Assembly (NCBI GenBank): GCA_964418285.1
Contig: CAYQMC010000003.1
Location: 1 to 38,218 of the forward strand
Direction of reading: 5' to 3'
Length of the DNA: 38,218 bases
DNA from: an uncultured Chryseobacterium sp.
GTDB lineage: Bacteria; Bacteroidota; Bacteroidia; Flavobacteriales_F; PHOS-HE28
Positions 17,601 to 27,423 of the stretch are shown here, piece after piece (positions within the stretch are counted from its first letter, which is position 1; every line of letters begins with the position of its first letter). A program made the position numbers and the translations under genes. Below the pieces are notes generated by a model that saw only the letters and a program-made list of their open reading frames with translations, was not told the origin of the DNA and made no database searches.

Positions 17601-17621
17601 TTCGTTGTTCGTTCATCGATG
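17601..17621 (-). promoter_or_regulatory. Leader element variant CATCGATGAACGAACAACGAA, 18 nt upstream of the lpxH ATG
   Basis: Contains CGAACAACGAA (11 of the 12 core nt). Shares the CATCGAT prefix with the leader of the small ORF at 6414..6435. Confidence 0.3.
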
Positions 17622-17695
17622 TTCATGCGCCAAGGCTGCACGTTTGGCACGGCATCGCCAGCCGAACCACGACCATCGACCAACGATATCCGAAC

Positions 17696-20600
17696 TCAAG
17701 GCTTCAACCTCCTCAAGGCCTTCGTCGGATCCATTCGCTCCAGTGCAATGATGAACCGGATACGCTCCCCGAAGCTGCGTCCAAGGAATTCCTCCTCATC
17801 GACGATGTTCCCGGATACCAGTAGTGGCATCCAGATCTCCAGCACATCGCGTATCGCTTGGAACCCGATGCCTGCTTCGTAGTAGTTCGCAACACCGTTG
17901 GTTATGGTGACCTCCGGGCCTGAGGCTGCGATCGTTCGTGTTGGAACCCAGCCTGTGCTTGCGAAGAGCGAGAGTGGAAGGGGTAGCGGAAGGTCCAGTT
18001 CCATGTTCACGGCAGCCATCCAGTCGTCGCTTCCTCCCTGGCGGAAGGGGGTCTTGAAAGCGCCTTGTTGCTTCACGAACTGGCGACCCGTGAAGTCACT
18101 GTCGAGGCGACCGCGTTCCAGGTAGGCATGGTCGAAGAGCAGGTCCTCTGGTCCCCAAGTGAGGCCCCAAGCATTCAGTGGGTTCTGGTAGAAGCCCGAT
18201 CCACGGTGCAGGATGCTTCCCGCGAAGGCGCGGAGCCGCAATTGGTCCTTCTTTTTGTTGTAGGTGAAGGCCTGCTTCAGCTCGAGCGAAGCACGCACGA
18301 ATTCCGCGTTGTACGTCACCGTGGGTATGATCTCCGAAGGTGTTAGCGTAGCGGTGTTGCGGGCATGGTAGCTCAGTTCCGCATAGGTATTGGCGGTGCT
18401 GCTGCTGAAGGACGTTCCTTCCGGTGGTGCGATGCGCTGCTCCTGCCAAAGCTGGACCGCGCGCAAACTGATGCGGTGCTGCCAGGGCCGTGTCAATGGG
18501 TCGCGCTTCAGATCGAACACGATGGATGGTGCCAGCTTGCCATACCAGGCATCGGCGTTGTGGTCGTGGAAGGTGGAAGCGCTGCGGGCGCTAAGTCCCA
18601 AATGGATGTTCTGGAACAAGCGGCTCTCCAAGCGGTCGAAGTGGTGCTCGATCCGCGCCGCACCGCCCAGCCGTTCACTGCCCAGACCATAGAGCGGTGC
18701 GATCACCCATTCCGTGCGCTGGCTGGGGAAGGTGGTGTTGTTCAGCAGCAGACCCACTTGGAATCCATCGTGCCCGTTCCAAGCGGCCAATGGGGTCCAG
18801 AAGATGCTGCGGCGGTCATCCTTCTCCAGGCCGATCAAGTGCTTCAGTTCAGGTTTGGCGTGGCGACGGAAGAGGCCACGACTGCGCACCTCATTGTTTC
18901 GCCGATCGATGTCCAAGGTGCGGGCGCCAGCGTCCAGTCGCACACGGTCTGCATCGGTCCAGGGGAGCTTGGCACTGTGCTTTCCGTTTTGTCCCTCAAG
19001 CCATATGGTGCCCAGTTCGGTATCATCACGCCATGCCGTAACGTTGATGGGGAAACCATCGGTCGCCGTGCTGCGGTAGCTCAGTTGGTCGCCCAGAAGT
19101 TTCACGGGTTCGATGTCCACTTTTCGCGTTGTTCCGATCAGTTCATCGAACATCCAGCTAAGGTCCCTGCCACTTTCCCGCTCGAACACACGCCGCACAT
19201 CCTCCGGCGCAGGATGCTTGAACTTCCACTCTTCGTTGTAGGCCTGCATGCAACGATCGAAGACCTCATCGCCCAAATAGGCGAAGAGTTGGTCGAAGAC
19301 CAGGGCCGTCTTGCTGTACACGATACCGCCGTAGTTGATCTGCGTGTAGTCGTGCGAGCAGGTCTCGATGGGTTGGTCCAGATTCTTGCGGGCGTTGAGG
19401 CGGTAGATCGCTTCGCTCAGGAATCGATGGCCGTCCGTTACATGCGCGGTCAAATTCTTCAAGCCGGGTATTCCTCCGATGCTGAACCCACCACTGGGGT
19501 AACGCAGTCGCATGTAACGTTTCTCGACAAAGCTGTTCATGCCTTCGTCCATCCACGCATGATCGCGCTCGTTGCTTGCGAGGATACCATAGAACCAGTT
19601 GTGCCCCACCTCGTGCGCGATCACATTGTCAAGGCTTTCGGCGCTGTCCATGTTGCCTATGATGGTGATCATGGGGTACTCCATACCCCCGCCGGCGCTA
19701 ATGGTCCCATCGATCGCGGTGCAGGCAGCGTAGGGGTAGTCGCCCACCCACTGGCTGTAATACTTCACGCTTTCGTTCAGCGATTCGATGCCCATGCCTT
19801 CCCAAAGCTTGGCATTGCGTGGGGTGAAGAGGGCCCACGTGGTGACCTCCCGACCACTCCGCTCCAGGGTTACACTACCCTTGCGCACAATGAAACGTTT
19901 GTCCGCGAACCAGGCGAAGTCATGCACTTTGTCCTGTACGAAACGCAGGGTCTTGGTACGTTCATCAGATGCCGGGAATGCATTGGCTTCCTTGGAAGCA
20001 TCTGCGTTTACCGCCAGAGCGGCACGTTCGTTCATCCAAGCCTCTTCCTCTGGGTTGTTTTGCAATAGCCCCGTTGCTCCCACGACATAGTTCGCAGGTA
20101 GAGTTATGCTAACATCGAAACTGCCGAACTCGCTGTAGAATTCCCCCATGGTGAGGTAGGGCATGGCATGCCAGCCGTTCCGGTCGTACACTGCAGGTTT
20201 GGGATACCACTGGGTGATGTGGTAGGCTTGTCCCGTGTGACCCAATCGTGAGAATTTGCTGTCGGGGATCTTCACCCGGAAAGGGGTGCTGATGGTAACG
20301 GATCCACCAGGAGCAAGGGGCTTAGCAAGCTTGATCCACGCGATGTCCGCGTGTTCCTCGTGGTAGCCCCAGGTCAACTTCGTTTCATCCGTTCTGAAGT
20401 CGAGGCTGTCGATGTGGCCCCGCTCCACTTCGGTGGCGTAATGCAGGTCCAGATTACCGTCGCGTACGAGTTGTTCGTTCAGTGCGCTGCTGCGGTCGCG
20501 GTAGGCATTGGGCCACAAGTGGATCCACAGGGTGTGTAGCGTGTCCGGGCTTCGGTTGGCATAGACGAAGGTCTCATTGCACTGCAGGACATGCGCTACA

Positions 20601-20728
20601 TCGTTCAAGCGCACGTCGATGGTGTAGTCCACGCGTTGTTGGAAGTAGTCGGGTACCCGCTTGGTCTGTGCGGAAAGGGAGAGCGCCGAGCACAGAACGA
20701 CCGGCAATGCGAGATGACCTTGGGTCAT
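17696..20728 (-). CDS. M1-family zinc metallopeptidase, secreted (1010 aa)
   Basis: Internal ATG (aa 83 of track ORF) gives signal peptide MTQGHLALPVVLCSALSLSAQ. GGMEYPMI (GAMEN-like), HEVGHNWFYG (HExxH) and WMDEGMNSF. Confidence 0.85.
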   Translation of the reverse strand: MTQGHLALPVVLCSALSLSAQTKRVPDYFQQRVDYTIDVRLNDVAHVLQCNETFVYANRSPDTLHTLWIHLWPNAYRDRSSALNEQLVRDGNLDLHYATEVERGHIDSLDFRTDETKLTWGYHEEHADIAWIKLAKPLAPGGSVTISTPFRVKIPDSKFSRLGHTGQAYHITQWYPKPAVYDRNGWHAMPYLTMGEFYSEFGSFDVSITLPANYVVGATGLLQNNPEEEAWMNERAALAVNADASKEANAFPASDERTKTLRFVQDKVHDFAWFADKRFIVRKGSVTLERSGREVTTWALFTPRNAKLWEGMGIESLNESVKYYSQWVGDYPYAACTAIDGTISAGGGMEYPMITIIGNMDSAESLDNVIAHEVGHNWFYGILASNERDHAWMDEGMNSFVEKRYMRLRYPSGGFSIGGIPGLKNLTAHVTDGHRFLSEAIYRLNARKNLDQPIETCSHDYTQINYGGIVYSKTALVFDQLFAYLGDEVFDRCMQAYNEEWKFKHPAPEDVRRVFERESGRDLSWMFDELIGTTRKVDIEPVKLLGDQLSYRSTATDGFPINVTAWRDDTELGTIWLEGQNGKHSAKLPWTDADRVRLDAGARTLDIDRRNNEVRSRGLFRRHAKPELKHLIGLEKDDRRSIFWTPLAAWNGHDGFQVGLLLNNTTFPSQRTEWVIAPLYGLGSERLGGAARIEHHFDRLESRLFQNIHLGLSARSASTFHDHNADAWYGKLAPSIVFDLKRDPLTRPWQHRISLRAVQLWQEQRIAPPEGTSFSSSTANTYAELSYHARNTATLTPSEIIPTVTYNAEFVRASLELKQAFTYNKKKDQLRLRAFAGSILHRGSGFYQNPLNAWGLTWGPEDLLFDHAYLERGRLDSDFTGRQFVKQQGAFKTPFRQGGSDDWMAAVNMELDLPLPLPLSLFASTGWVPTRTIAASGPEVTITNGVANYYEAGIGFQAIRDVLEIWMPLLVSGNIVDEEEFLGRSFGERIRFIIALERMDPTKALRRLKP

Positions 20729-20805
20729 TGAACAATACGTTTTGGATGGGACGCACGAAGCCTTCTGCTGGTTACAGCAATAAGTCCTGTAATGGGCAAA
20801 GCGCC

Positions 20806-21957
20806 TCAGGACCCGAAGATCTTGGCCAGTTCGGCTTCCAGCTGCTGCGAGCGAAGGCCCTTGGCGATGATCTTGCCTTCCTTGTCCACCAGCACCGTGA
20901 AAGGGATGCTGCTGACGCCATATTCCTGTGCGGCCGCGTTGTTCCAGAAACCCAGGTCGCTCACGTGTTTCCATGGAAGTCCATCTGCTTGGATCGCCTG
21001 CACCCAGGCTTCATGGCTACGGTCCAACGAAACACCGAGGATCTCGAAGCCTTTCTTGTTGTATTTCTCGTAGACCCGTTTTACGGCCGGATTCTCAAAG
21101 CGGCAGGGCTTGCACCAACTGGCCCAGAAGTCGATCAGCACGTACTTGCCCCGCATGTCGCTCAGTGCATAGGTTCCTCCATCCGGCGTTTGCTGGCGGA
21201 TGTCGGGTGCCACATCGCCGATGGGCAGCAAGCCGGCCAGGCGCTTCTGTTCCTCTTCCTGCAACTTCACGGCCAGTTCCTGTTGCTCCAAGCGGTCCAC
21301 ATTCTCGCGGAACTGTGTGAAGAAGGTGCTGTTGGGCATGGTCTGGCGAAGAGCGTTGCGCACCTGTTTGAAGAGCTCGAAGTCGCGCTGCATGTTCAGC
21401 TTGCTCAGCGCGGTGATCGCCACCGGTGAACCGCTGTTCTTCTCCACCAGGCTCTTGCATTCCTCGTAGAAGCTCGCATTCAGTGCGTTCAACTCGTTCA
21501 TCAGGGCGTTGCCTTGCTCCGGCACCGCGGCCATCTTGTCGCGCAGCTCCTGTCGCTTGGCTTCGTAAGCATCCACGCTGGCCTGGAAGGCGTAAAGGGC
21601 CTCGGTGTGCGCTGAGCCTGAAATGCTGGTCGGCGCGTTCAAACGGTCCAGATCGGCAACCACAACCGGGCTTTCAGTGCTGTCCATGGCCAGTACCAAA
21701 GCTTCTTCATTGCCCAGGTGTATGCGGTAGAAATCCAGGGGAAGTGCCGCGGCTTTCAAAATGCCGTGGCCTTGCGCATCCAGGGTCACGGAGTCCAGTA
21801 CGATGGCCTGGCCACGTTCGAAACGCTCCAGGGTGGCTGTGCGCCCGGCGGCTCCTTCGATGGTGACGTCCACGGTGGTGCCACCGGTGTTCGTGCAGGC
21901 TGCCAGCAGCAGCGCGGTCGTGCAAGCAAAGAGGGTCGTGCGGTACATGGTCTTCAT
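20806..21957 (-). CDS. TlpA/ResA-like thiol-disulfide oxidoreductase lipoprotein with an N-terminal extra domain
   Basis: Lipobox ALLLAACT. Thioredoxin motif FWASWCKPC. Start overlaps the gatB stop as ATGA. Confidence 0.85.
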   Translation of the reverse strand: MKTMYRTTLFACTTALLLAACTNTGGTTVDVTIEGAAGRTATLERFERGQAIVLDSVTLDAQGHGILKAAALPLDFYRIHLGNEEALVLAMDSTESPVVVADLDRLNAPTSISGSAHTEALYAFQASVDAYEAKRQELRDKMAAVPEQGNALMNELNALNASFYEECKSLVEKNSGSPVAITALSKLNMQRDFELFKQVRNALRQTMPNSTFFTQFRENVDRLEQQELAVKLQEEEQKRLAGLLPIGDVAPDIRQQTPDGGTYALSDMRGKYVLIDFWASWCKPCRFENPAVKRVYEKYNKKGFEILGVSLDRSHEAWVQAIQADGLPWKHVSDLGFWNNAAAQEYGVSSIPFTVLVDKEGKIIAKGLRSQQLEAELAKIFGS

Positions 21958-23489
21958 TCGGTCTTTGCGTCAAGTAGGTTGCGCACCACTTCGTTGGCGC
22001 GTTTGGGATCGGCCTTGCCTTTGGTGCCCTTCATCACTTCCCCCATGAAGAGGCCCAGAAGGCCCTTGTTGCCATTGCGGTAGGCTTCCACCTTATCCGG
22101 GTAGGTGGTCATGGCGCGCTGCACTATGGCGGTGATCTCGTCCTCGTTCGTACTCTGCACCAGGTCGTGTCGTACCGCCAGTTCTTCGGCACTGGATGTG
22201 CTGTCCTCCAGCATCAGCGGAAAGAGCTTCTGGCTGGCGATGCTGTGGCTCACCTTCCCGCCATCGATCAGGGCGATCATCCCGGCCAGACGTTCCGCGG
22301 TGATCGGGAATTCCGCCATGGTAAGGCCGCGCTCGTTCATCCAGCTGCGCACATCGCCCATCACCCAATTGGCAGCGCCTTTGTAGTTGTTGGTCAAACC
22401 GATCAACGTTTCGTAGTAGAGCGCCGTGGCCTTGTCGTCGGTCAATATGGCCGCGTCGTACTCGCTCAGACCCAGGCTACCGGTGTACTTCTCGCGCAGT
22501 TCGCGCGGCAAAGGCGGCATCGCCTTGCGTATGGCCTCCTTGGTGTCTTCGGTAACTGTGATGGGCTGCAGGTCCGGTTCAGGGAAGTAGCGGTAGTCGT
22601 GCGCCTGTTCCTTGCTGCGCATGCCCACAGTACTGCCTTTGGTGGCATCGAAGGTGCGTGTTTCCATGTGGATCGTACCACCTGCATCGAGGATCTCGCT
22701 TTGGCGTTGTGCCTCGTATTCGATCGCACGCACTACGTTACGGAAGCTGTTCATGTTCTTCACTTCGCAGCGCGTACCGAACTCCTGGGCACCTTTCACA
22801 CGCAGGCTGATGTTGGCATCGCAGCGCATGCTGCCCTCTTCCATGTTTCCATCGCAGATGTCCAGGTAGCGCACCAGACGGCGTATCTCGGTGAGGTAAT
22901 CGTAGGCCTCCTGTCCGCTGCGGATGTCCGGCTCGCTCACGATCTCCACCAACGGCACCCCGGCCCGGTTCAAGTCCACCAAGGTGTTGAAGGGGTCCAC
23001 ATCGTGGATGCTCTTTCCCGCATCCTCCTCCATATGGATGCGAGTGATGCCGATACGAGTCATGCCGAGCGTAGCGTGGGCATCTCGTGAGGCTTCATCC
23101 GGGATCCTTGAACTCGGAATATCCACATACCCCTCCGTACAGATCGGTGTCTTGTCCTGCGTGATCTGGTAGCCCTTGGGCAAGTCGGGGTAGAAGTAGT
23201 TCTTGCGGGCGTAGTGCATCCACGGCGCAATGCTACAGTTGGTAGCCAGCCCGATACGGATGGCATGCTCCACCACCTTCTTGTTGACTACGGGCAGTGT
23301 GCCGGGGTGGCCCAGCGTAAGCACGCTCACATTCGTATTCGGATGGTCCCCGTAAGCGTTGGGGTCGCTGCTGTAGGCCTTGCTGTTGGTGTTCAGCTGG
23401 GCGTGTACCTCCAGACCAACGACCAATTCATACTTCTCGCTCCAGTGGGGCGCTCCGGTGCCGGTAACGACTTCTTGCGTTGCGCTCAT
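21954..23489 (-). CDS. gatB: Asp-tRNA(Asn)/Glu-tRNA(Gln) amidotransferase subunit B
   Basis: 511 aa. YELVVGLEVHAQLNT, RCDANISLR and a C-terminal GatB/YqeY-type tail. Confidence 0.95.
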   Translation of the reverse strand: MSATQEVVTGTGAPHWSEKYELVVGLEVHAQLNTNSKAYSSDPNAYGDHPNTNVSVLTLGHPGTLPVVNKKVVEHAIRIGLATNCSIAPWMHYARKNYFYPDLPKGYQITQDKTPICTEGYVDIPSSRIPDEASRDAHATLGMTRIGITRIHMEEDAGKSIHDVDPFNTLVDLNRAGVPLVEIVSEPDIRSGQEAYDYLTEIRRLVRYLDICDGNMEEGSMRCDANISLRVKGAQEFGTRCEVKNMNSFRNVVRAIEYEAQRQSEILDAGGTIHMETRTFDATKGSTVGMRSKEQAHDYRYFPEPDLQPITVTEDTKEAIRKAMPPLPRELREKYTGSLGLSEYDAAILTDDKATALYYETLIGLTNNYKGAANWVMGDVRSWMNERGLTMAEFPITAERLAGMIALIDGGKVSHSIASQKLFPLMLEDSTSSAEELAVRHDLVQSTNEDEITAIVQRAMTTYPDKVEAYRNGNKGLLGLFMGEVMKGTKGKADPKRANEVVRNLLDAKTE

Positions 23490-23490
23490 A

Positions 23491-24303
23491 TCAGCAGCTG
23501 GCGATGAGTTCCTTCATGATCAGCGTCAGCTTCGGCTCGGCCTTCTCGGCTACGCGCTGCACCATCTCGTGGGTGGTCTTCTCGATCCGCCCTTCCACAC
23601 CCATGTCGGTGATCACGCTCATGGCGAAGCAGGGGATGCCCATCTGCCGCGCTGCGATCACTTCCGGAACGGTGCTCATACCCACCGCATCACCACCGAT
23701 GATGCGCATGTAGCGGTACTCGGCCGGGGTCTCCAGCGTGGGACCGGTAAGGCCCACGTAGCAACCCACCTGCACGGGGATGTTGTTGCGTGCCGCGATG
23801 TCCTTCGCCGAGGCGATCAAGGCGTGATCGTAAGGTTCGCTCATGTCCGGGAAACGCGGACCCAATTCATCGATGTTGGGGCCGATAAGCGGATTGGGGA
23901 ACAGGCAGATGTGATCGTTCAGGATCATCAGATCGCCGGTCTCGAAGGCCGGGTTCACACCGCCACAGGCATTGCTCACAAAGAGCCGCTGGATACCGAG
24001 GTATTTCATCACACGCACCGGCAGCACCACCTCGCCCATGGTCCAGCCCTCGTAGAAATGGAAGCGGCCCTGCATGGCCACCACAGGCTTGCCGGCCAGC
24101 ATGCCGAAGAGCAGTTTGCCGGGGTGTCCTTGAACCGTGCTTACCGGGAATTCTGGGATTTCCGCATAGCCGATCGCATACTGCACGTCGATCTCATTGC
24201 CCAATCCACTCAGGCCCGTTCCCAAAATGATCCCGGTCTCGGGCGTGAAGCCATTGGTGGCTTTCTTGAGGTGTTCAGCGATGTGCTGGATGCGTTGCAA
24301 CAT
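23491..24303 (-). CDS. Purine nucleoside phosphorylase (trimeric inosine/guanosine-type)
   Basis: GIILGTGLSGL, GRFHFYEGW and VGMSTVPEV. Start set at ATG 24303. The track start 24324 is a TTG. Confidence 0.9.
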   Translation of the reverse strand: MLQRIQHIAEHLKKATNGFTPETGIILGTGLSGLGNEIDVQYAIGYAEIPEFPVSTVQGHPGKLLFGMLAGKPVVAMQGRFHFYEGWTMGEVVLPVRVMKYLGIQRLFVSNACGGVNPAFETGDLMILNDHICLFPNPLIGPNIDELGPRFPDMSEPYDHALIASAKDIAARNNIPVQVGCYVGLTGPTLETPAEYRYMRIIGGDAVGMSTVPEVIAARQMGIPCFAMSVITDMGVEGRIEKTTHEMVQRVAEKAEPKLTLIMKELIASC

Positions 24304-25345
24304 GGTCGCGGATGAGGGCGGCAAAGCGCTCGGGTTCGTTCAGGATCACGGCCTCCATGGCGATCACCGCAAGCGGAAGGTCGCTCAGCGCGCTTCCCGG
24401 CAGCAGGGGCAGCAGGCGCATGGCGTCCTTCTCGGTGGTGATCAGCATTTTCGGGCCGGGCGCGAATTTAGCGCATCGCGCCGCGAGGCCTTGCAGGTCG
24501 CTCGCGGTGAAGCGGTGGTGGTCCGGAAAGGCCACATGCTCTACCGTGGCGAACAGGCCCTGTACATGCTTGACCAGCGGCGCAGGATCCGCAATGCCGG
24601 TGATCAGTACCACCCCGCCCTGATCTCCGCTAGGGTACTGTACCGTCGACCCAATGGGTCGACTTACGTACCGTGGTGTCACGTACCGGATCCCACTAAA
24701 AAATAATTCCTGCCCCACCCTCAGCCCCAATTCCCTTCGCCAACGCTCCCGTTCCGCGACCGAAGGAAACGCCGGGCATTTCGTGACCACCACGACATCC
24801 GCCATGCGTGCCCGTCCGGGCAGATCGCGCAAGCGCCCTGCCGGCACCAGCGCATCGCGGTGCCAGGGCCGGTGCCAGGTGGTAAGCAGAATGTCGAGCC
24901 CGGCATCCACGCGCCGGTGCTGGTAAGCATCGTCCAGAACCACAGCTTGCAGCGCAGGCACCAGTTCCTGCATGTGCGCCAGCGCCGCGCGCCGGTCGGC
25001 ACCTACGAACACGTGTACCGCTGGGAATTTCCGCTTCAGTTGCAGCGGTTCATCGCCCACGGTGGCCGCATTATCCTGCTCATGCACTTCAAGGACCTCC
25101 GTGCCACTGCGGCCGTATCCTCGGCTAAGCGTGGCCAGCGGTGCAAGGCCATCCAGTGTGCGCAAAACCAGCTCCACGTGCGGCGTCTTGCCTGTACCGC
25201 CCAACGCCAGGTTGCCCACACCGATGCTCGGCACACCAGGACGCACGCTCCGCAGCAGACCCTGGTCATAGAGCGTATGCCGCATTAGCAGCACTGCGCC
25301 GTAGAGCCAGGCGAAGGGGGCGAGGAGGAAGCGCAGAAAGCTCAT
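24275..25345 (-). CDS. lpxK: Tetraacyldisaccharide 4'-kinase
   Basis: 356 aa. P-loop VGNLALGGTGKTP. DDAYQHRR. Confidence 0.9.
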   Translation of the reverse strand: MSFLRFLLAPFAWLYGAVLLMRHTLYDQGLLRSVRPGVPSIGVGNLALGGTGKTPHVELVLRTLDGLAPLATLSRGYGRSGTEVLEVHEQDNAATVGDEPLQLKRKFPAVHVFVGADRRAALAHMQELVPALQAVVLDDAYQHRRVDAGLDILLTTWHRPWHRDALVPAGRLRDLPGRARMADVVVVTKCPAFPSVAERERWRRELGLRVGQELFFSGIRYVTPRYVSRPIGSTVQYPSGDQGGVVLITGIADPAPLVKHVQGLFATVEHVAFPDHHRFTASDLQGLAARCAKFAPGPKMLITTEKDAMRLLPLLPGSALSDLPLAVIAMEAVILNEPERFAALIRDHVATHPAHR

Positions 25346-25394
25346 GATTACTTTGCCGACCCAACGTCAGGCATATTGACGTGACGGGTCAAAG

Positions 25395-26489
25395 ATGAAG
25401 ATCAAGGACATCACTTCCGCCCTCGAAGCCTGGGCACCCCGCTCCCTGCAAGAGGACTACGACAACAGCGGCCTGCAGGTGGGCGACCCCGAGGCGGGGA
25501 TCACATCCGCATTGGTTTGCCTGGACTGCACCGAGGCCGTGGTGGAAGAGGCTGCCGCCGCTGGCTGCGGCCTCATCATCAGCCACCACCCGGTCATCTT
25601 CAAGGGCCTGAAGAGCCTGGTTGCCAAGACCTACGTGGAGCGGACGGTCCTTGCGGCGCTAAAGCACAACATCGCCTTGTATGCCATCCATACCAGCCTG
25701 GATAACGTGATCGATGGCGTGAATGGCGAGATCGCCACGCGCTTGGGGCTGAAGGCCTTGCATGTGCTGGACCCCAAGCCGGCACAGTTGCGCAAGCTGG
25801 TCACTTTCGTCCCAGCGGCGCATGCTGAAATGCTGCGGAATGCTTTGTTCGCAGCTGGCGCGGGCCACATCGGCGGGTACGATGAATGCAGCTTCAACTT
25901 GTTGGGCACGGGAACTTTCCGGGGCGGGGAAGGTACCCAGCCTTTTGTTGGGCAAATGGGCAAGCGCCACAGCGAGGCCGAGGAGCGGGTGGAGCTGATC
26001 TACCATGCACCGCGCGAGGCGGCCATCCTAGTGGCCTTGCGCCAGGCCCACCCCTACGAAGCGGTGGCTTACGACCTCTACGCCCTGCTGAATGCGCACC
26101 AACAGGTGGGCAGCGGGCTGGTGGGGGAGTGGGAGGAAGCGCTGGCAGAAGAAGTCTTTCTTACCAAGCTGAAGTCGGTCTTTGGGATACAAGTGCTTCG
26201 CCATAGCAAGCTGCTGGGCAAGCCCATCCGGAGGGTGGCCCTGTGCGGCGGGTCAGGGGCCTTTTTACTGGGCAGGGCCGCCGCGGTCGAGGCCGATGCC
26301 TATGTTACCGGCGACGTGAAATACCACCAATTCTTCGACGTGGACAACAGGCTGCTGCTGGCCGATATCGGACATTACGGCAGCGAGCAATTCACCATGC
26401 ACCTGATCCAGCGCCGGTTAAGGGAACTTTTCCCTACTTTTGCGGTCCGTTTGACGGAAAACGTCACGGACCCCATATACCATTCCTGA
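25395..26489 (+). CDS. Nif3-like dinuclear metal centre protein (long form with inserted domain)
   Basis: DNSGLQVGD, IISHHP, TGDVKYHQF. Confidence 0.9.
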   Translation: MKIKDITSALEAWAPRSLQEDYDNSGLQVGDPEAGITSALVCLDCTEAVVEEAAAAGCGLIISHHPVIFKGLKSLVAKTYVERTVLAALKHNIALYAIHTSLDNVIDGVNGEIATRLGLKALHVLDPKPAQLRKLVTFVPAAHAEMLRNALFAAGAGHIGGYDECSFNLLGTGTFRGGEGTQPFVGQMGKRHSEAEERVELIYHAPREAAILVALRQAHPYEAVAYDLYALLNAHQQVGSGLVGEWEEALAEEVFLTKLKSVFGIQVLRHSKLLGKPIRRVALCGGSGAFLLGRAAAVEADAYVTGDVKYHQFFDVDNRLLLADIGHYGSEQFTMHLIQRRLRELFPTFAVRLTENVTDPIYHS

Positions 26490-26492
26490 CCC

Positions 26493-27326
26493 ATGGCGAA
26501 GAGCGACGTGAAGGCCCCTGCGAAAAAAGCGGCCAAGACCACTGCGGAGAACGGTAAGGCAGCACCGGCTGCCAGCAAGGGCGAGATCACCGTCGCGGAG
26601 AAGCTCGTTGAGCTCTACCGCTTGCAGCACATCGACTCGCAGATCGACAAGATCCGGACCCAGCGCGGCGAACTGCCTTTGGAGGTGCAGGACCTCGAGG
26701 ACGAGGTGGCCGGTCTGGAGACCCGCATGAAGAAGCTGCAGGATGAATTGGCCGAAATGGAGGGTCAGGTGTCCGACCGACAGAACCTGATCAAGGAAGC
26801 CAAGGCCCAGATCAAGAAGTACGAAGGACAGCAATCCAAGGTGCGGAACAACCGCGAGTACGATTCGCTCACCAAAGAGATCGAATTCCAGAACCTGGAG
26901 ATCCAGCTTGCCGAGAAGCGCATCAAGGAAGCCAAGGCTTCCATCGATACCAAGAAGCAGGTGGTGGAAGAAAGCAGCACCCTGTACGAGGAGCGCAAGA
27001 AAGACCTGGACGTGAAGAAGAAGGAGCTCGATGGCATCATTGCCGAGACCGAGAAGGAGGAGAAGGACCTGGTGAAGAAGAGCCAGGCCGCCACCAAGCT
27101 GATCGAAGAGCGTTTGTTGAGCGCTTACAACCGCATCCGCTCCAACGCTCGCAACGGTCTTTCCGTAGTGCCTGTGGAACGCGGAAGCTGCGGTGGCTGC
27201 TTCAACTCAATTCCCCCACAGCGCCAGTTGGACATCAGCAGCCACAAGAAGATCATCGTATGCGAGCATTGCGGCCGCATCCTGGTGGACGATTATGTGG
27301 TGGAGCGCGTAACGGGCGAAGCCTGA
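26493..27326 (+). CDS. Coiled-coil C4 zinc-ribbon protein (COG1579-type), the usual neighbour of Nif3
   Basis: Long heptad-rich region, then CGGCFNSIPPQ...VCEHCGRIL. Confidence 0.8.
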   Translation: MAKSDVKAPAKKAAKTTAENGKAAPAASKGEITVAEKLVELYRLQHIDSQIDKIRTQRGELPLEVQDLEDEVAGLETRMKKLQDELAEMEGQVSDRQNLIKEAKAQIKKYEGQQSKVRNNREYDSLTKEIEFQNLEIQLAEKRIKEAKASIDTKKQVVEESSTLYEERKKDLDVKKKELDGIIAETEKEEKDLVKKSQAATKLIEERLLSAYNRIRSNARNGLSVVPVERGSCGGCFNSIPPQRQLDISSHKKIIVCEHCGRILVDDYVVERVTGEA

Positions 27327-27343
27327 TCAGCGCACCAGCAGCA

Positions 27344-27382
27344 AACGCGAAAGCCTCCGGAACTTCCGGAGGCTTTCGCGTT
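27344..27382. terminator. Strong hairpin between convergent genes (likely bidirectional terminator)
   Basis: Perfect 18-nt arms AACGCGAAAGCCTCCGGA / TCCGGAGGCTTTCGCGTT around ACT. On the minus strand it is followed by TTTGCTGC. Confidence 0.5.
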
Positions 27383-27423
27383 GAAGGGAACTCCTCTCAA
27401 GATCGCCAATTACCGGCAAGGCC

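Noticed and set aside
18365-20068. 567-aa ORF antisense to the M1 peptidase. Similar long antisense ORFs lie at 20482..21429, 22167..23090, 23380..24315, 15585..16268, 11160..11924, 33610..34458 and 5218..5817
   Set aside because: Each lies opposite a gene with unmistakable family motifs. Their translations are low-complexity (Val/Ala/Gly/His/Asp-rich) with no recognisable domains. This is the expected stop-codon depletion of GC-rich antisense frames.
20729-20974. N-terminal extensions of track ORFs. Cases: M1 peptidase to 20974, barrel to 29256, lipoprotein to 30073, proS from 29961, lipA from 14503, rmuC to 10085, proS-coupled ORF from 31169, PNP to 24324
   Set aside because: The extensions overlap upstream genes or intergenic promoters and translate to Arg/Pro-rich sequence. 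Internal ATGs give proper signal peptides or canonical N-termini.
25358-25390. Imperfect inverted repeat GACCC-AACGTCA...TGACGT-GAC-GGGTC in the lpxK/Nif3 divergent gap, and the 10-bp palindrome GCAGATCTGC at 32591..32600 upstream of wza
   Set aside because: Arms of 5-6 bp and 10-bp palindromes are expected many times by chance in 38 kb. There is no second copy or known operator consensus to support them.
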